Part shown: positions 38,361-53,404 of the stretch, one piece after another
How positions within the stretch are numbered: position 1 is the stretch's first letter
How the letters are laid out: each line of letters starts with the position of its first letter
NCBI RefSeq assembly: GCF_009914755.1
Contig: NC_060928.1
Strand: one strand, 5' to 3'
DNA from: the human T2T-CHM13v2.0 reference genome, Homo sapiens
Length of the DNA stretch: 64,000 nt
Notes under the pieces: generated by a model
Databases searched by the model: none
Told to the model about the DNA's origin: nothing
The model's input: the letters and a program-made list of their open reading frames with translations, nothing else
Made by a program: the position numbers and the translations under genes

Positions 38361-38619
38361 AAAAAGAATACTTTTTTAAAAGTACTTTTAAAAAAGAATA
38401 CTTTTTAAAAAGTACTTTTAAAAAAGAATACTTTTTAAAAAGTACTTTTAAAAAAGAATACTTTTTAAAAAGTACTTTTAAAAAAGAATACTTTTTAAAA
38501 AGTACTTTTAAAAAAGAATACTTTTTAAAAAGTACTTTTAAAAAAGAATACTTTTTAAAAAGTACTTTTAAAAAAGAATACTTTTTAAAAAGTACTCAGC
38601 ACTTTTAAAAAAGAATACT
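38361..38619. repeat. 30-bp AT-rich quasi-palindromic minisatellite, about 8 copies
   Basis: Unit AAAAAGAATACTTTTTAAAAAGTACTTTTA starting at 38361, 38391 ... 38571 (last truncated at 38596), plus a partial copy at 38601-38619. Confidence 0.97.
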
Positions 38620-40129
38620 AAGATATTCTAGAAGGGAAAAAATAATTGGCTCTAGAATTCACTTATAAATTTCAAGACACAAGTACCAATTCAACAAAGT
38701 CTAAATTGATAAATTCACACAAAATGAAACAACATGTCTCTATTCTCTCATCATTCAAAATCCTTGCATATGAAGCAAAAATAAGACCTGTCAAATCATC
38801 AAAAATTCTGCTTTATTTTCTCTTTCCCCACATACTTAAATCCAGAGGGACTACTCTCCATCCTGAATATCAAAAGCTAAAATTACCCCCCCAAAAAAAC
38901 CCAGGCAAGAATCATAGCAGAAATTAATTTACTAGGCTATCATAACAATAACATGACCTTGTACTATATTAAGATTTTGTTCATAAGAGAATAGCTAGAT
39001 GTATAATTACACTGGCAACATGACTTCAATAACACCAACCTACAAAAAAACTACTTCACTCCTATGATTTATAAAGGTTTGCTTATTTTCCATGGGGTAT
39101 GCTAAGCCTGTATACTATTTTAATAAGTAAGAAACATCCCTCATAAAGGCAGAAAGAGGTGTGTTACACTCTATAAACCCAGAACTGCATTTTATCACTT
39201 CTAGGTTTGCCCATTTAAACAAGTGTTCATGTCATCTGAAAAACACAAAAAGGTTTCAGTACCTCTACATTTGAGGCACTGTCCAAAAGAAACAAAATAC
39301 ATAATAAAGTGGATTTGTCATGAGATTGTGTGCTTTGCTACATTTCAAAAGCTGCCCCAAAATTAATAGGTGGTTTCAACGAATGCAATTGCTTGAGCCA
39401 ATATAGCAACCCAAATATTATACATATACTTTTGGCATACGATAATTGCTCTATCGGTCTATGTCATATTATATAAATACAATCATAATGTTAAATCAAC
39501 AATGCCATAATTTAAGTGAAAATCATAAAAGATTAAAAAGTTTAAAGGTATATTTAAATGAACTTTAAAAAGTCATGGTATTAAAATTCAGCTTGGGTTG
39601 AATACGAACAATGTTATCACACCTAAAGAATTCTAGCTAAGCAATCATGTATAAACATAGATATTAGCCTGAAATTTAAGACAGGCTGCTGGATTGAATG
39701 ATGAGACCATCAGATTGAGTTCTTCAGTTCATTAGCTTAACCACAATCCCAACCTAATATCCATAAAATCACAAAGGCAAGTGTAATATACCTCCTAAAT
39801 ATAGAACTACACAAAAATTTGTCATTATTCAAGAAAGATTTATGCTCAGCATTACTTCAGTGACAGTGAAGGGGGAACTAGAACAGTCTTTGAGGAAGAA
39901 ATCCAATTTAAAAAAAAAAACATTGAAAACCTGTGTTTTTCCTAGGTTCAATGTAAACTTCTTCAAAAAGAAATACATTCTCCCTTTCAAAAAAAAAAAA
40001 AAAGTCAAGGGGGATTTCTGCAAGTTACCTGCTATCCTTTCACCCAGAGAGGCACCAGAGCAACCGTCTTTCACATCCGCCCTCCTGCTGTATTTCCTCT
40101 ACAACCTACCCAGGTGCACAAAACTCGTC

Positions 40130-40420
40130 CCCATATATCATCTTAAACTTCTTCCCCTCCCTTGGGCGCCACCATCCATCAGTTCCATATCTCCCTATTG
40201 ATTCCTCCTAAATGTCTCTCAGATGCATCACTTCATCACTTCTCCTGATGCCCTTGTGAGGGTGGTGGACCCCTCTCTCTCCACACAATGCCAGTCACCT
40301 CTACCTCTTCCTCTCCACCACACTCCCTCAAATCCCATAGCCCCACAAACCCCAGCTGAGATTCTTGCTGTGTCTCTCACCTCTGAGCCTTTGTACACTT
40401 GCGGTTTCAGCTTAAAAATC
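40130..40420 (+). mobile_element. L2 relic
   Basis: Pyrimidine-rich GATTCCTCCTAAATGTCTCTC...GAGCCTTTGTACACTTGC pattern. Confidence 0.5.
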
Positions 40421-41121
40421 CCTTAGTGTGGGAAGGGGATGCGTAATAACAATAGTTACTTAGTTCTTGGGTTGGGATGTGCTTCAATATTAAGTGTGTA
40501 CAACCGAATTACTACCTCTTCAAAGAAGAAAATCGAATCGTGGGAAGAAAATAGCTTCCCCACCCTGTCTCTGCTATTGTTATTACATCATAATGACACA
40601 TTATTGTCACTAGCAGTAACAAATGACAGTGGTATATTTTTATTAATAAAATGAACATGGTACTTTCATATATACAATCTTGTATTTAATCCTTCCCTGG
40701 CCCTAGCTATTGCATGCACAATAGGCGTCTGGAACTTTACATCAATATATAATGGTTCGCTGAATTTCAAATGTGGGGAGAAAGGAAGCAGCAGGAAGAT
40801 ATCTGAAGACTAGATTGGTATGGAAACCAGCAATGGGGAGAATAAGTCAAAGAAAAGATAGAACACTATAAAAGGCATAAATGAGTATTTATGAGATACC
40901 CACAGGGAGACCCCAGAAAGCGGTTAATCTCAATTCATAAATCTTCTGCTCTGTTTGGTCCAGCATGATTTCCCAAAAGACACAGCCATGTAGAGACAGA
41001 ACTTGTTGACACTAGGCTGGAGACATTTTCCCTCAGCGTCCTCACCAGCTTTCCCTCTTGGCCTTTGTTGAGTTTGCTTCAGTGAGCTCCATTCTAGCTC
41101 CCCTCTTCTACCCACTTGCTG

Positions 41122-41173
41122 CCATTAACTACATTCTGTAAAAAACACCATTAACTACATTCTGTAAAAAATA
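41122..41173. repeat. 26-bp tandem duplication
   Basis: CCATTAACTACATTCTGTAAAAAA(C/T)A x2. Confidence 0.95.
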
Positions 41174-42980
41174 GAGTAGGTACTTGTAGAATTCCTGGGA
41201 AGAAGTGGGGCTGGGGCTGGTCACACTTGGCAACTACCTGTCAGCAGAGAAAATAATTATTTCCCTCATTCTGCTTCATGCAAAACTAATCCAGAATGGA
41301 TTACCAGGGCAAATATCTAACTCATGATTCTGTACATGGCATTGCATTAGCGATTTTTTATGGCTTCAAAATGCTTGTTACAAATTGACAAAATGAAGAT
41401 CTCTTTAGAAAGTTTGTTTCTTAAAGTACCCATAACATGAATTTCGGAGAAATTACAATACCATTTCATATTAGCATACATAAGCCCCTTCCAATATGTT
41501 TAATTTGTATTTCCCCAACGTGCTTTATGATGATAGCATTTGCCCACAGAAATAAATGCCCCAAATGGTAGCATTATCAGAAACATATACTTCACTTTGA
41601 GGCATGACAAATTAGAGCTAGATTAAAAAATAAATAAAATCAACTGACAAACCTTAACTGCTAAGAGATCTGAAAAGTGATACTTAAATACTTCTTTAGC
41701 ACTTTGAGTATAATCACTATGCTGTTTCTCTTAAATTCTTCATGGTTTCTCTTCATTTTAAAGTATAATCTGCCATTTCTCTATAGCAAATGGATTGTGC
41801 CCACTCTGATTTCATTAAATCAACCCATATCCAGAGACATCTATGTGCCCCTCTGGCAGGATCTTAAAGAGGAGAACAAGACAAAACAAATACAACTGTT
41901 TTGTAGAAGGAAAGGCAGTGAAGGCGATAAAATAAAAAAGTGATATTGCAAAAGGCAACAAGACTTGATGCTGAGCTCAAGGGGAGCCATGCTGGCTGTC
42001 CCAGTCTCTCCATATGCTGCAAAGAACCGGGTGAAATTGATGGGCACTGAGGGGCTGGAACCAAGTGCCACCTTTTTAGAAGTAGTAACTTTCTAAATCA
42101 GTAATAACATGCTTTCCTGTATTCCGAGATGATGCAGCCAGCCCATCCACAGGAAGGCATGCACTTTGAAGTGTTTTTCTAGCGGTGGTGATGGATGGTA
42201 AAAGTTGTCCCATAGGGATAGATGGCCAGTGACAGGTGCAAGACAACTGGCCAGAGTCAGCCATGCAATGTGACCACATAACAAAGCAGAGCTTCTGCTT
42301 CCTACGAAAGGAAACCTGAACTTTGGGCCCTAGGAGCCCCATTACTGACCTGGTCAAACATGCCATGGAAGATGCAAAAATGAAGGCAAGTGTTCAGAAG
42401 GCAAATTTTCTGTCTACTGAATATTTATTTTTCTACAGATAAGTATTTGGAGCAACCTCACTGCACATCAGTTAGGATAATTCAACAGTAAAAAAAAAAT
42501 ACTAAGCAAGGAGATGGTTGCTATTCACTTTTATTTTGTTAAAGTTTTTTCTGTGAATGTAATCATGAAAGTGTTATGGTTAGATGAAACATATAATTAG
42601 CCTTCCTACATAACTTTTTTTCAAATACTGTATGTGCGTGTATTAGTATGTCTACATATGAAAGAAACAGACGTGTATTGTTAGGAGTAAAATTACATGA
42701 AATGCTGTCAAAATCAGGAGTTTTGGTTGGAGTTTCTCCAACTATGAAGTTTATAAGAAATTAAAATGGATGAATGGGAGGGGGTGCTAAAATATAGATA
42801 TCTGGAAAAAGCACATGACACTCCCATAGTCTGGTTAACTATAAAATAAAGAGGGATCCATTTTACCAGTAAGTATTTATTTAGGAAATTACAAATGTAA
42901 CGTTCCTCTCATTACTTTTAGAAAAGTTTTCACCAATTTACACTGAGGGTCAGTATCTTCCTTCTCCTCCCCGCCCCCCA

Positions 42981-43147
42981 ATAAGAGATGGAAGTTTCTC
43001 TCTATTCCCCACCCAGCCTGGAGTACAGTAGCTATTCAGAGGAGCAATCATGGCTCACTGCAGCTTGGAACTCCTAGACTCAAACAATCCTCCTGCCTTG
43101 GCCTCCCAAGTAGCTGGGACTACAGGTATGTGCCACCATGTCTGGCT
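42981..43147 (-). mobile_element. FAM-type fossil Alu monomer
   Basis: Single arm retaining the 7SL-like GCTATTCAGAGG segment absent from dimeric Alus. Confidence 0.75.
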
Positions 43148-43149
43148 CC

Positions 43150-43445
43150 CTGTATTTAATTTTTAATTTTTGTAGGTATTTGGTAGGTATATATATTTAT
43201 GGGTTATACGAGTTACTTTGATAGAGGCATGCAGTGCATAATAATCACATTGGGGTAAATGGGGAATCCATCACCTCGAGCATTTATTCTTTGTGTTACA
43301 AATGATCCAATTATACTCTTTGAGTTATTTTAATATGTACAACTATATTTTACTATAGTCACCCCATTGTGCTAGGAAATACTAGGTCTTATTCATTCTA
43401 TTTTTTTTGTACCCATTAACCATCTCCATTTCTCTTGCACCCCCT
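43150..43445 (-). mobile_element. L1MA 3'UTR fragment
   Basis: GGTATATATATTTATGGG...AATAATCACATTGGGGTAAATGGGG...ACTAGGTCTTATTCATTC. Confidence 0.85.
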
Positions 43446-45568
43446 CTTGCCTTTACTTTTAATTCTTATAATCATATAATAGAAGAGACAGCTGATAAAC
43501 ATTTCTCCAGTCCTGTCTGCAGAATGAGCTAGATAAATGCTTGAGACCCCCTTGGGGTTTGATGACTTAATGATTCTACAATTCTGTAAATACAGAAACA
43601 GAGGAGGCTCTCAGAGACATTACAACACTTAATTAAATAACCATATCCCATGTTATTGAAAGTGAAAAATTTTATACCTAGTGACCTTGTGTGCACCCAA
43701 TCCCTTTAAATGTAGTGTCTAATTCACTAGAAGAGAAAAAAAAAAGGAGGAAAAGATATTCAAAAGCACCCGAAATTTGAAATAGATACCAAATTTACAC
43801 TGTACACTTTCCTTAAATTTTTGATAAAATAAAAACAGTACCTGACTTAATCCTCACTAACCTGAGAGACAGATAATGTGATAGAGATTTTACTGGAAAA
43901 GCTAAAAATTATATATATTACACACAGTTGTTGCTTAAAGTCATAAGCTAGTGAGTGACAGAGGCCAAACAGTATAAAATTAGAATGAGTAGAGGGAGAC
44001 CGACAAACTTTCAACTGTTTTCAATGACAACACTTATTTCTATGCCCTTGATTTTTTTCATTTATTCATTCCAGAAATATCTGTTACTATCATATACCAA
44101 CTACAGTTGGCCTCCTAGTCAGAACAGAAATAACAAGGGATAAACTATTGCTCATGTATAAAAATCTCATGTCCATAATTTTAGCGGACTCTAAAACTTG
44201 AAGTAAAATACACATGCATGAAGTTTTAGCAAATAAAGATTAGTCCTTTAAACTAGAATGTATTTAAAGTAAGTTCTATTCCTTGGTCAAACATAATAAC
44301 ATTAAATATCATCCTCTTTTCATTAAAAATGTTCTTTTTTGGATAAACCAAAAAAGAAAGATGTCTTAATTTTCTGAAAATGTTCTGATGACTTAATGAC
44401 AATGACAGGAATAGAATTCTAGATACTATACTCTTATCTTGTTTTTAAAATATGTCATATTCCCTCTCATTTCTATACCCAGTTAATCTTCTCTTCACAT
44501 AAAAGCCCTGATATTGACCACTGTTTCTCAGATCCTTGAAGGTGATATGACCGGCAATCTCAGCATCCCCAAAAATGAACAGATGAGGTCACAAACCAAA
44601 GAGGCATTCTTAACATGTTAAAAAAAAAACCCACTCAAATTGTGAGAAAAACATTTCCTATTGGCAGCCAGAAATACAATGTGCCTACAAGCAATCTAGT
44701 TCACAGCAACTTTATTTTAAATAATACATTATGAAACATTATAAAAAGTGGCTTGTTTCCAAATGGAAGGCACATAAAAGGAAAAACCTGATAACTTCTT
44801 TATTCTTCAAAGACATTAACACTTGAAGTCAAACATTCACTGGATCAATTCTAAAGAAAAGTTATTAAGTTATAGCATGATTTTAAGGGATAATAACCAA
44901 GATTAAATATGCTAATCCTTCCACTGATTTCTGACTATGCTTCAGATAGTTTAACCCCTTTTAAGAACTTTCTTCCTTTAATCAGTTCAAAAGCCAGGAG
45001 TGCAACCCTCTCTTACTAGCAGAGGAATTTATATACTGCTTGAAATTGAAAGATGTTTCAGCAGTATCTGATTTATACACACACATACACATACCCAAGA
45101 AAGTAGATATCTTTGAGAAGACATTAGAGTAAACCAACACTTTATGTAAGTAGAATCAATTTCTAATGGAATTAAACATTACTTCTTAAAGCAATGCTAT
45201 ACTCTGATTTCCTCCTGAATAACTTTTATTTGTTTGTCTTTCTAAGGGAAGCCAAGTTCCACTAAGATATTCAACCCTCCAATGCTGATGGCACTCTTCC
45301 TTCTACTTAGAAGCCTCTCTTGGCTCTCTCTCCCCACCTTCTCCCACTGGTAAAATCCTACCAATTGTTTAAGCCTTGCTCAACTCTACCTTCTTAGGCA
45401 GTCTTGCACAATCTCACCTATTGAAATCCATTGTTCCATCTACATCACACTCAGATTTTTCTGATTTACAACCAACTATCCTGTATCATGCCTTACATTC
45501 TTGTTATCCAGGTAGGTATATGCTTCTCCCAAGCAGAGTACCTTGGATTCCCAACAAAGGTTTGCTGA

Positions 45569-45891
<323 letters not shown>

Positions 45892-46489
45892 AGGATGACA
45901 TTTTTAATGTTAAAATTGAAGTTAAGTATAGTCACACACACAATCTAATTTAAACTCAGTTAATAGGATATATCTGTGAAACAGACATCCTATTATCCTT
46001 ATTCTAGAAGCAAGAAAATTCAGAATCAGAACATTTTGGTGAGTTATCCTAGGAATGAAAACTCTTGGACAACAGAACCAGGATTTAAATGCAGGTCTGC
46101 ACTCCAAGCCTTGCACAGACCTCTACAGCTGCCTTTTGAGATATGAAATGGTATCCTCCATCTAGATTTTATCTGTACTGGAACATCTTCAGAATTACCA
46201 AATATCCTAATCTGTAAGCCATTTTTACTCACATTCTCTCTATGAATGATATCAAATAACAATAGCCTATCATAAAAGAAAAATGATCCTAAAATCAGTG
46301 GGAACTAAGGATACAAGAAAAATTTCCTCAAGTTATGCAACACTCTACACCTACATTCTTTGAATATAAATTAAATATTCACTACATTAGAATATCATGT
46401 TCTCATTATTCATAAATTCCAGTCTCTTAAAAAGGCAAAATAATCATAGAATTTTGTCTAGACTCTTCACATTGGAAGCAACTTCTAAG

Positions 46490-46620
46490 AAGGCCTAGTC
46501 CTACTCATTATTTCACAGATGAGGAAACCGGGCCCAGAAAGACTCAATATCCTCAAGGTCAGATTATTATTCAATGAAGGCCAGGGTAAGAAGCTTGCCT
46601 CTTAACTCCCAGCTTAATAA
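46490..46620 (-). mobile_element. MIR relic
   Basis: ATTTCACAGATGAGGAAACCGGGCCCAGA...CAAGGTCA. Confidence 0.65.
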
Positions 46621-47271
46621 CTTTATCCAGTATACAGGTGAAACTGTACATGAAAATTCTAGAGAAAATAGAAAAAATAACAATTGTTAATTATATATGT
46701 CAATGTATAAAAGAACTTCCTGGATGCTCAGACCTCAGTATAATAACCTAAATTTTCATTTGTGTAAGGGAACTGAGGCAAAGTAGCCAATATTTTACCC
46801 AAGTTTTAAAATTATTTTCAATCAGTCCAATGAAAATCCCCCTAAAATTAAAAATATATGACACTACTGAAAAATTCATCCCAGTAACTGGTAGAGCAGC
46901 TTAGTAGAAGCAGGCTCCCTATCTCTGGTTAATCACCTGTGCTTTCTGAAATCCCCCTGTATCTCCCAAAAAGACTGACACAAAATCTGATTATAAACAT
47001 AACACCCTCTACTTTTCATTATATCTGAAAACAAGACAAATATCCTTGTATTTACATCTAGTGAGATTTCCTTCTTAAAAGAAAACAGATTAATGAGTGA
47101 AATGAAAAAGTAAATATGTTGTCACGTGGCTACTGTATAAAATAATTTTAATGGTCAGTGCATTGGGTAAAGACAATAAATAAAATCTTATTTTGATGTT
47201 TTGAAAAAATAATTACAATATACATTTAATTTCTACTCAGACCTAGAAGTTTCCCTGTACAAAATTCATCA

Positions 47272-47677
<406 letters not shown>

Positions 47678-50329
47678 GTATCTACTGATTTCTGACATCT
47701 CTCTTTTTTGTGAGAGGCATGTCATTTTAATAATGCAGATCCTTGGTGTTTTGCTCGTCTATTTTAATACGCATAGCAAATAATTCTTTCAAAAAATACA
47801 AAATTTCCAAGCTTTTTCTTGAATTAAAAAAAACAGTTTCAAAAGAGACACACCCTACAGCTGAAAAGCAGAACTCCGCACCCTTCCCTGTGCCTCTTTT
47901 CAACTCAGTTGCAGCCATACAAATTCCAACACAAGGGGAAGCAAGTTACTAATGTCAAAAATAATGCAGGTGCATTAAAAATGAAATCTAAGACCAAAGT
48001 ATTCTAAGATCACTATAAGTGAAACCAAGATAATATCTCTGACATTAACAAAAGAGAATTAGGAAGTCACCAATACAAAATCAATTTTTAAAGTAGAATG
48101 CTATTAACAAATATTATGAATTCAACTCAGTTCTCATCCCACTTTTCTACTTCAGTCCTTTACATTGGTCATGAAAGGACATAGCTCTTTTAAAATTTAA
48201 GAATAATAACGTTATTCTGCTTATTTTAAAAGAAATCTATTCAAGGTCAGGAGTAAGGCAAAAAAAAAAAAAAAAAAAACCCACGACGACTGGGCATTTT
48301 AACCACAACAACTGTTTTTCTCTCTTGCCATAGATGAAACTCTTTGGTGTAGAAGGAGAAAGTAAATAAAAGGAAGGAAGAACTGTAATTCTTGAGCCTG
48401 TGCCAGTTTACAGTATTTAAAAAAAAGAATCTGCGCCACAGCTTGGCAGTTGGCCATATTTACAGTAAGCTATCTAGTGTTTTGCCCAACAGGAAGAACA
48501 AAGGGCTCAGTGTAGTGCTGCTGGTTTTGTGTGTTTCAAATATTGTAGAAAGAAAGAAGGAATGTAGCCCCACATGCAATAGACCCTTTCCTTTTTACAT
48601 TTCTCTGTCCTCAGTGACTCTCAAAATATGGCCAAATGAATCTTTAAAAGGGTAAGAGAGAGCTCCAAGAGTTTTAGCTTAAACTTTCAGTAATCATTTA
48701 TTTTACTTATAAAAATGCAACCTATCTATTAATTTAGTTTTAACTTTAGAATTTCAAAAGCTTAAGCATGATGTTTGGCAGTACAGGTAGTTCTGCCGTC
48801 CAAGGGCAGCTAAACCTGAAACAAAAGCTTTAACTAAAATTTTGTTGGTAAGATTTAATACATATCCTTATGTTATTAGAAATTTTTAAAAATAGACTAA
48901 ATAACAGAAAAATTATATTAGAGAGTCAATCAGTACTTTAATACAGGATATTCCTAATTTATTTTCAGTAATGAAAACTTAGTTTTATAACCAACATATT
49001 AAAATCAACAACAAAAACTCTTTTTCCTCAAAGTTATACTTTTTTTGAAATTATGCCCAAATAAAATGGAAATTAAAATTAAGTATACTAATATTTCAAT
49101 TTCTTTACATATTATATCTGGGGTAACATATTTGCTTAGGTCACACTTTTTAAATCTTGACTACCAATATAAAAGACAACATATTTCTAATTTAACTTTT
49201 AGTTTTCTCACTGACATTTTATTCTGGTAGGGAAGGAAGACAAAAGAAAGGTAAATACATATGATGTATAGATTATTAGATAGTGATTGTTGCTAAAGAG
49301 AAAAAATAAACGAGGAATGAGGGGATGTGATTTGGGGCAGGAAGAAGAGTATAAAATTTTAGATAAGAGTTCAAGGAAAGTGTCTCAGGAGGTGAATGTG
49401 GCATCCACACCTGCATGGTATGAGGGCACTAGCCTGTGGCTAATGTGGAGAAGAAAACTTAATGATGGTGTTTCCTATGGAATAAACATGTCTTTTCAAT
49501 TATTGTGAAGCTCTTCCCAAAAGTAGGGGACAGCAAAGAGAGTTTTATTTAAAAATAGATGCTGTCCACAAACTGAGACAAGGGATTGGCTCAGTGGCAG
49601 AGGGGGCACAGCAACTGGCAAGAATGTGAAAGAGAAAAGGTAAGGAAAAAGCAGATGAATTTGGGGGAAGCAGCAAAGCAGTAGGCAGCTGGGAAATGAT
49701 GCAAAGAAAAAAGGTTTTGAGGTAGTGTCCTATATCATAGTAACAATCATCATAACAGCAGGACAGTGAACATTTGTAAAGAGTAGATAAACTCTTACAG
49801 CCTGGAAGAGGCATCTCATGGGAGCTTGAATACTAAGTAGAGGAATCACCAAGGCAATGTCAGATACTTCTGCAGTAGAGTAGTTTCCTGAGACTTTATT
49901 TCTGTTCTGTTTCCATTGTTCTGTTCCTTGCCTTTGGTGGCAGGTGGAGAAGAGATCTTCTCGGGGATATAAGCATTAGGGCCTCCCAGTTCCCGGGAGA
50001 CAGCAGAACCTGAGAAAGAAATGGGTGTGTGGTACAAATGAAGACCGGGCAAGCATGGCATGGAAGCCTTAGTGTCAATGCAAAGGGTTACCCAGACTTA
50101 GATAATAGGCATGCCAGATATACAGGGAGATAAGTGTAAACTTAAAGCCAGAGGGACCTCATCAAATGTTCCACTCCGATTAATCACTGGTTCCTTCACA
50201 TGAGCCATAGAGGTTGTTATAGGAATATCAATGAGTATGAACCAGGAAGATTGAAATTCCCTACAATCTGGTTGCTGGGGGCTGGCGGGGGATCTTAAGA
50301 AAGAAAAAGTAATTGAAAGATAACAATAA

Positions 50330-51210
50330 GAAAACATTCATCCCCTTCAGACTAGCAAAAAATTAAATTAATAACAGTGTTAGCAAGAATGTGAAATGAG
50401 GAAGACTCATACACTTCTGGTAGGACTGTCAATTGCAGAAGAACTGGGCAACAGTGTATAAAACAATGAAGATATACACCCCACACCCACCTCCACCAAA
50501 AAAAAAAAAATATACACACCCTGCACTGAATTGGTTTGGATATGGGTTCCCAGCCAAATCTCATGTTGAATTGTAATCTCCAGTGTTGGAGGTGGGGCCT
50601 GGTGGGAGGTGACTGGATCATGGGGGTGGATCCCTCATGAATGGTTTGGCACCATCCCTTTGGTGCTGTTCTCCTGATAGAGTTCTTAGGACATTTGGTT
50701 GTTTAAAAGTGTGTGGAACCTCCCCTGTCTCTTTCTTCCTCATACTTCAGCCATGTAAGACGTGCCTGCTTCTCCCTTTATCTTCTGCTATGATGGTAAG
50801 ATGTCTGAGGCCTCCCCAGAAGCTGGGCAAATGCTGTCATGCTTCCTATGCAGCCTGCAGAATCGTGAGCCAATTAAACCTCTTTTCTTTATAAATTGCC
50901 TAGTCTCAGGCATTTCTTTATAGCAGTGCGAGAACAGACTCATACACTAGAGAAATTTTTTATCTTTGTACACAGAAATACATAAAAGGATACATTGCAC
51001 CATGATTTAGAATAAAGATTACAAAGAATTTTCATCGAAAGAAACAAAATTGTGTTCAAATAATAGAATATTATATAGCAATGAAAACAAATTCACTAAG
51101 TCAACCTGTACCAGCAAAAACTTCAAAAGAAGGAAGAGCAAACAAAGCAAGTTACAAAAGAGCATACAATATGATACATGAAGATTAAAAACTAGAAGAC
51201 AACACTAACA
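50330..51210 (+). mobile_element. Old L1M fragment interrupted by an MST LTR
   Basis: AGACTAGCAAAAAATT...CTCATACACTTCTGGTAGG before the LTR and AGAATATTATATAGCAATGAAAA after it. Confidence 0.55.
50527..50946 (+). mobile_element. MSTA/MSTB-like MaLR solo LTR
   Basis: TG...CA termini, same family body as 2582-2986; TSD not evident. Confidence 0.9.
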
Positions 51211-52179
51211 AGAGATTAAGCACTACTAAAAAAGGACTGGAAATTAAAATTGATCTCATAATTATACGTCTAAATTTAACCCTCTAGAAAATCTAGATCT
51301 CTTTCAGAATGTGCATATTCTTAAGATAATTTTTTAAATAATTCAATTTAGGGATGTAAATCAAGCGTTTTTTTTTTTAAATACCAGAAATGCTCAAATT
51401 GAAGTCGTTAGAAATTCATCAATGAATCCTGTCAGGCATATAGCTAGCTGCTCCCCTACCTCCCCACTAGGATGAGAGGAAAGGATTCAAACCATGATGT
51501 GCAAATGGTCAGAGCAGAACTGCAAAGCAGAACGGCAACATGCACAGTAAGCTCACCCTCCCTTCCCAGAGTCCCACCGGGGATGAGCCAGGATATATCT
51601 GAAGAGAGAATCAAGGTTGTGGAGAAGCACCAACATGGAACCAGGAGATTTCCTAAGCTGAATTTCCAAAGGGGTCTAAGGAACCATTGATTTGTAAAAG
51701 TAAGCTTCTATTCAGAAACAGGAGTTGACAAGAGGTAATAGGCCAATTTTGAAATGAGAGAAAAACAAAATTGTGTCATATTAGCTAATAAATAAGCACC
51801 TTCCATTTTCTAATGATGCCAATGATAAAGAGAAAGATGAGATGCAGTAAAAGGTTCAAACCATAATTAGAAAATATATTTTCAAAGCTTAACGATAATA
51901 AGAAGCAGGATAACATTAAACCTGGCCTCTGATCTTGTTCTTCCTCACAGATGCTCACTTATTAAGTCCATATTTCAGTTTCAATACACTTTAATATCAA
52001 CTAATCCTCTATCCCCACCTAATTTGGAAAACTAAAATTAAGGATTATATTAAAAAGTTCATAAAAATACATTTAAATGATTCTTGCATTATTCAAAAAG
52101 GTATAAGGGAAAATTAGGTATATTTTAAAAAATGTAATTAGGGTAAATATAATGGCTGTAGTATTATAAATGCACATAG

Positions 52180-52830
52180 ACTTTTTTGTTTTTTATTGAG
52201 ATATAATTCAGATACCATAATATTCATGACTTTAAAGTGTGTAATTCAGTGATTATCTGTATATTCACAAAGTTGTACAACTATTTTATAAGAAACTATG
52301 CAGTACTTCACATAAATGGAATCAGACACTATGTGGCCTCTTGTGCTTGGCTTCTTTCATTGGGCATAATGTTTTCAAGGTTTATCCATGTTGTAGCATG
52401 TATCAGTACTTCATCCACTTTTATGGTTCAATAATTTCCACTCTTAAAGAGAAGCCACATTTTGTGTATCCGTTCATCAGTTGATAGACATTTAGGTTGT
52501 TTCCATCTTTGGGCTATTATGAATAATGCTGCTATGAACATTCGTGTGCAAGTTCTTGTGTGAACATATATTTTCAGCTCTCTTGCAATTGCTGGGTCAC
52601 ATGGGAATTCTATATTTAAACTTTTGAGGAACTGCCAGACTATTATCCAAAGCTGTTGTCCATTTTACATTCCCACCAGCAATGCATGAACATTCTAATT
52701 TCACCACATCCTTACCAATACTTGTTACTGTCTCTTTGATTATACTCATCTTAGTGGGCGCGAAGTGGTACCTCAGTGGTCCTGACTTGCATCTCCCTGT
52801 GACTAATGATGCTGAGCATCTTTTCAGCAT
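52180..52830 (-). mobile_element. L1MB/MC-type fragment
   Basis: TTTATTGAGATATAATTCA...GGCTATTATGAATAATGCTGCTATGAACATT...TTTTGAGGAACTGCCAGACT. Confidence 0.88.
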
Positions 52831-53096
52831 GTAGATTTTTAGAAGCATAGTTCTTCTGTATAGTTTAGATTGACCTAACAAGTGCTATAACAATGATGAG
52901 TTTTTAAAACTCTTGTATAATTTTGCTTACATATTTAGACCTCATTAACAGACTTATACACAGTTAATCAGTATTTTGTGACCAAAAAACCATAATATTT
53001 AAAAATTATACACACTGATATAAAATTTTATACACATATAATACACATATACTTTATCCTGCATTACTAAAAACTGTTAATCAAGAGAACATTAGA

Positions 53097-53404
<308 letters not shown>

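Noticed and set aside
38147-38608. 153-aa ORF with (KKEYFLKSTF)n
   Set aside because: Open only because the 30-bp repeat unit has no stop in that frame; no promoter, splice or homology support
38361-38619. CRISPR-like reading of the palindromic 30-bp repeats
   Set aside because: Units are contiguous with no unique spacers, there are no cas genes, and the DNA is primate
49585-49610. CTCF-like GTGGCAGAGGGGGCAC
   Set aside because: Only a partial match to the core motif; cannot be supported without scoring or ChIP data
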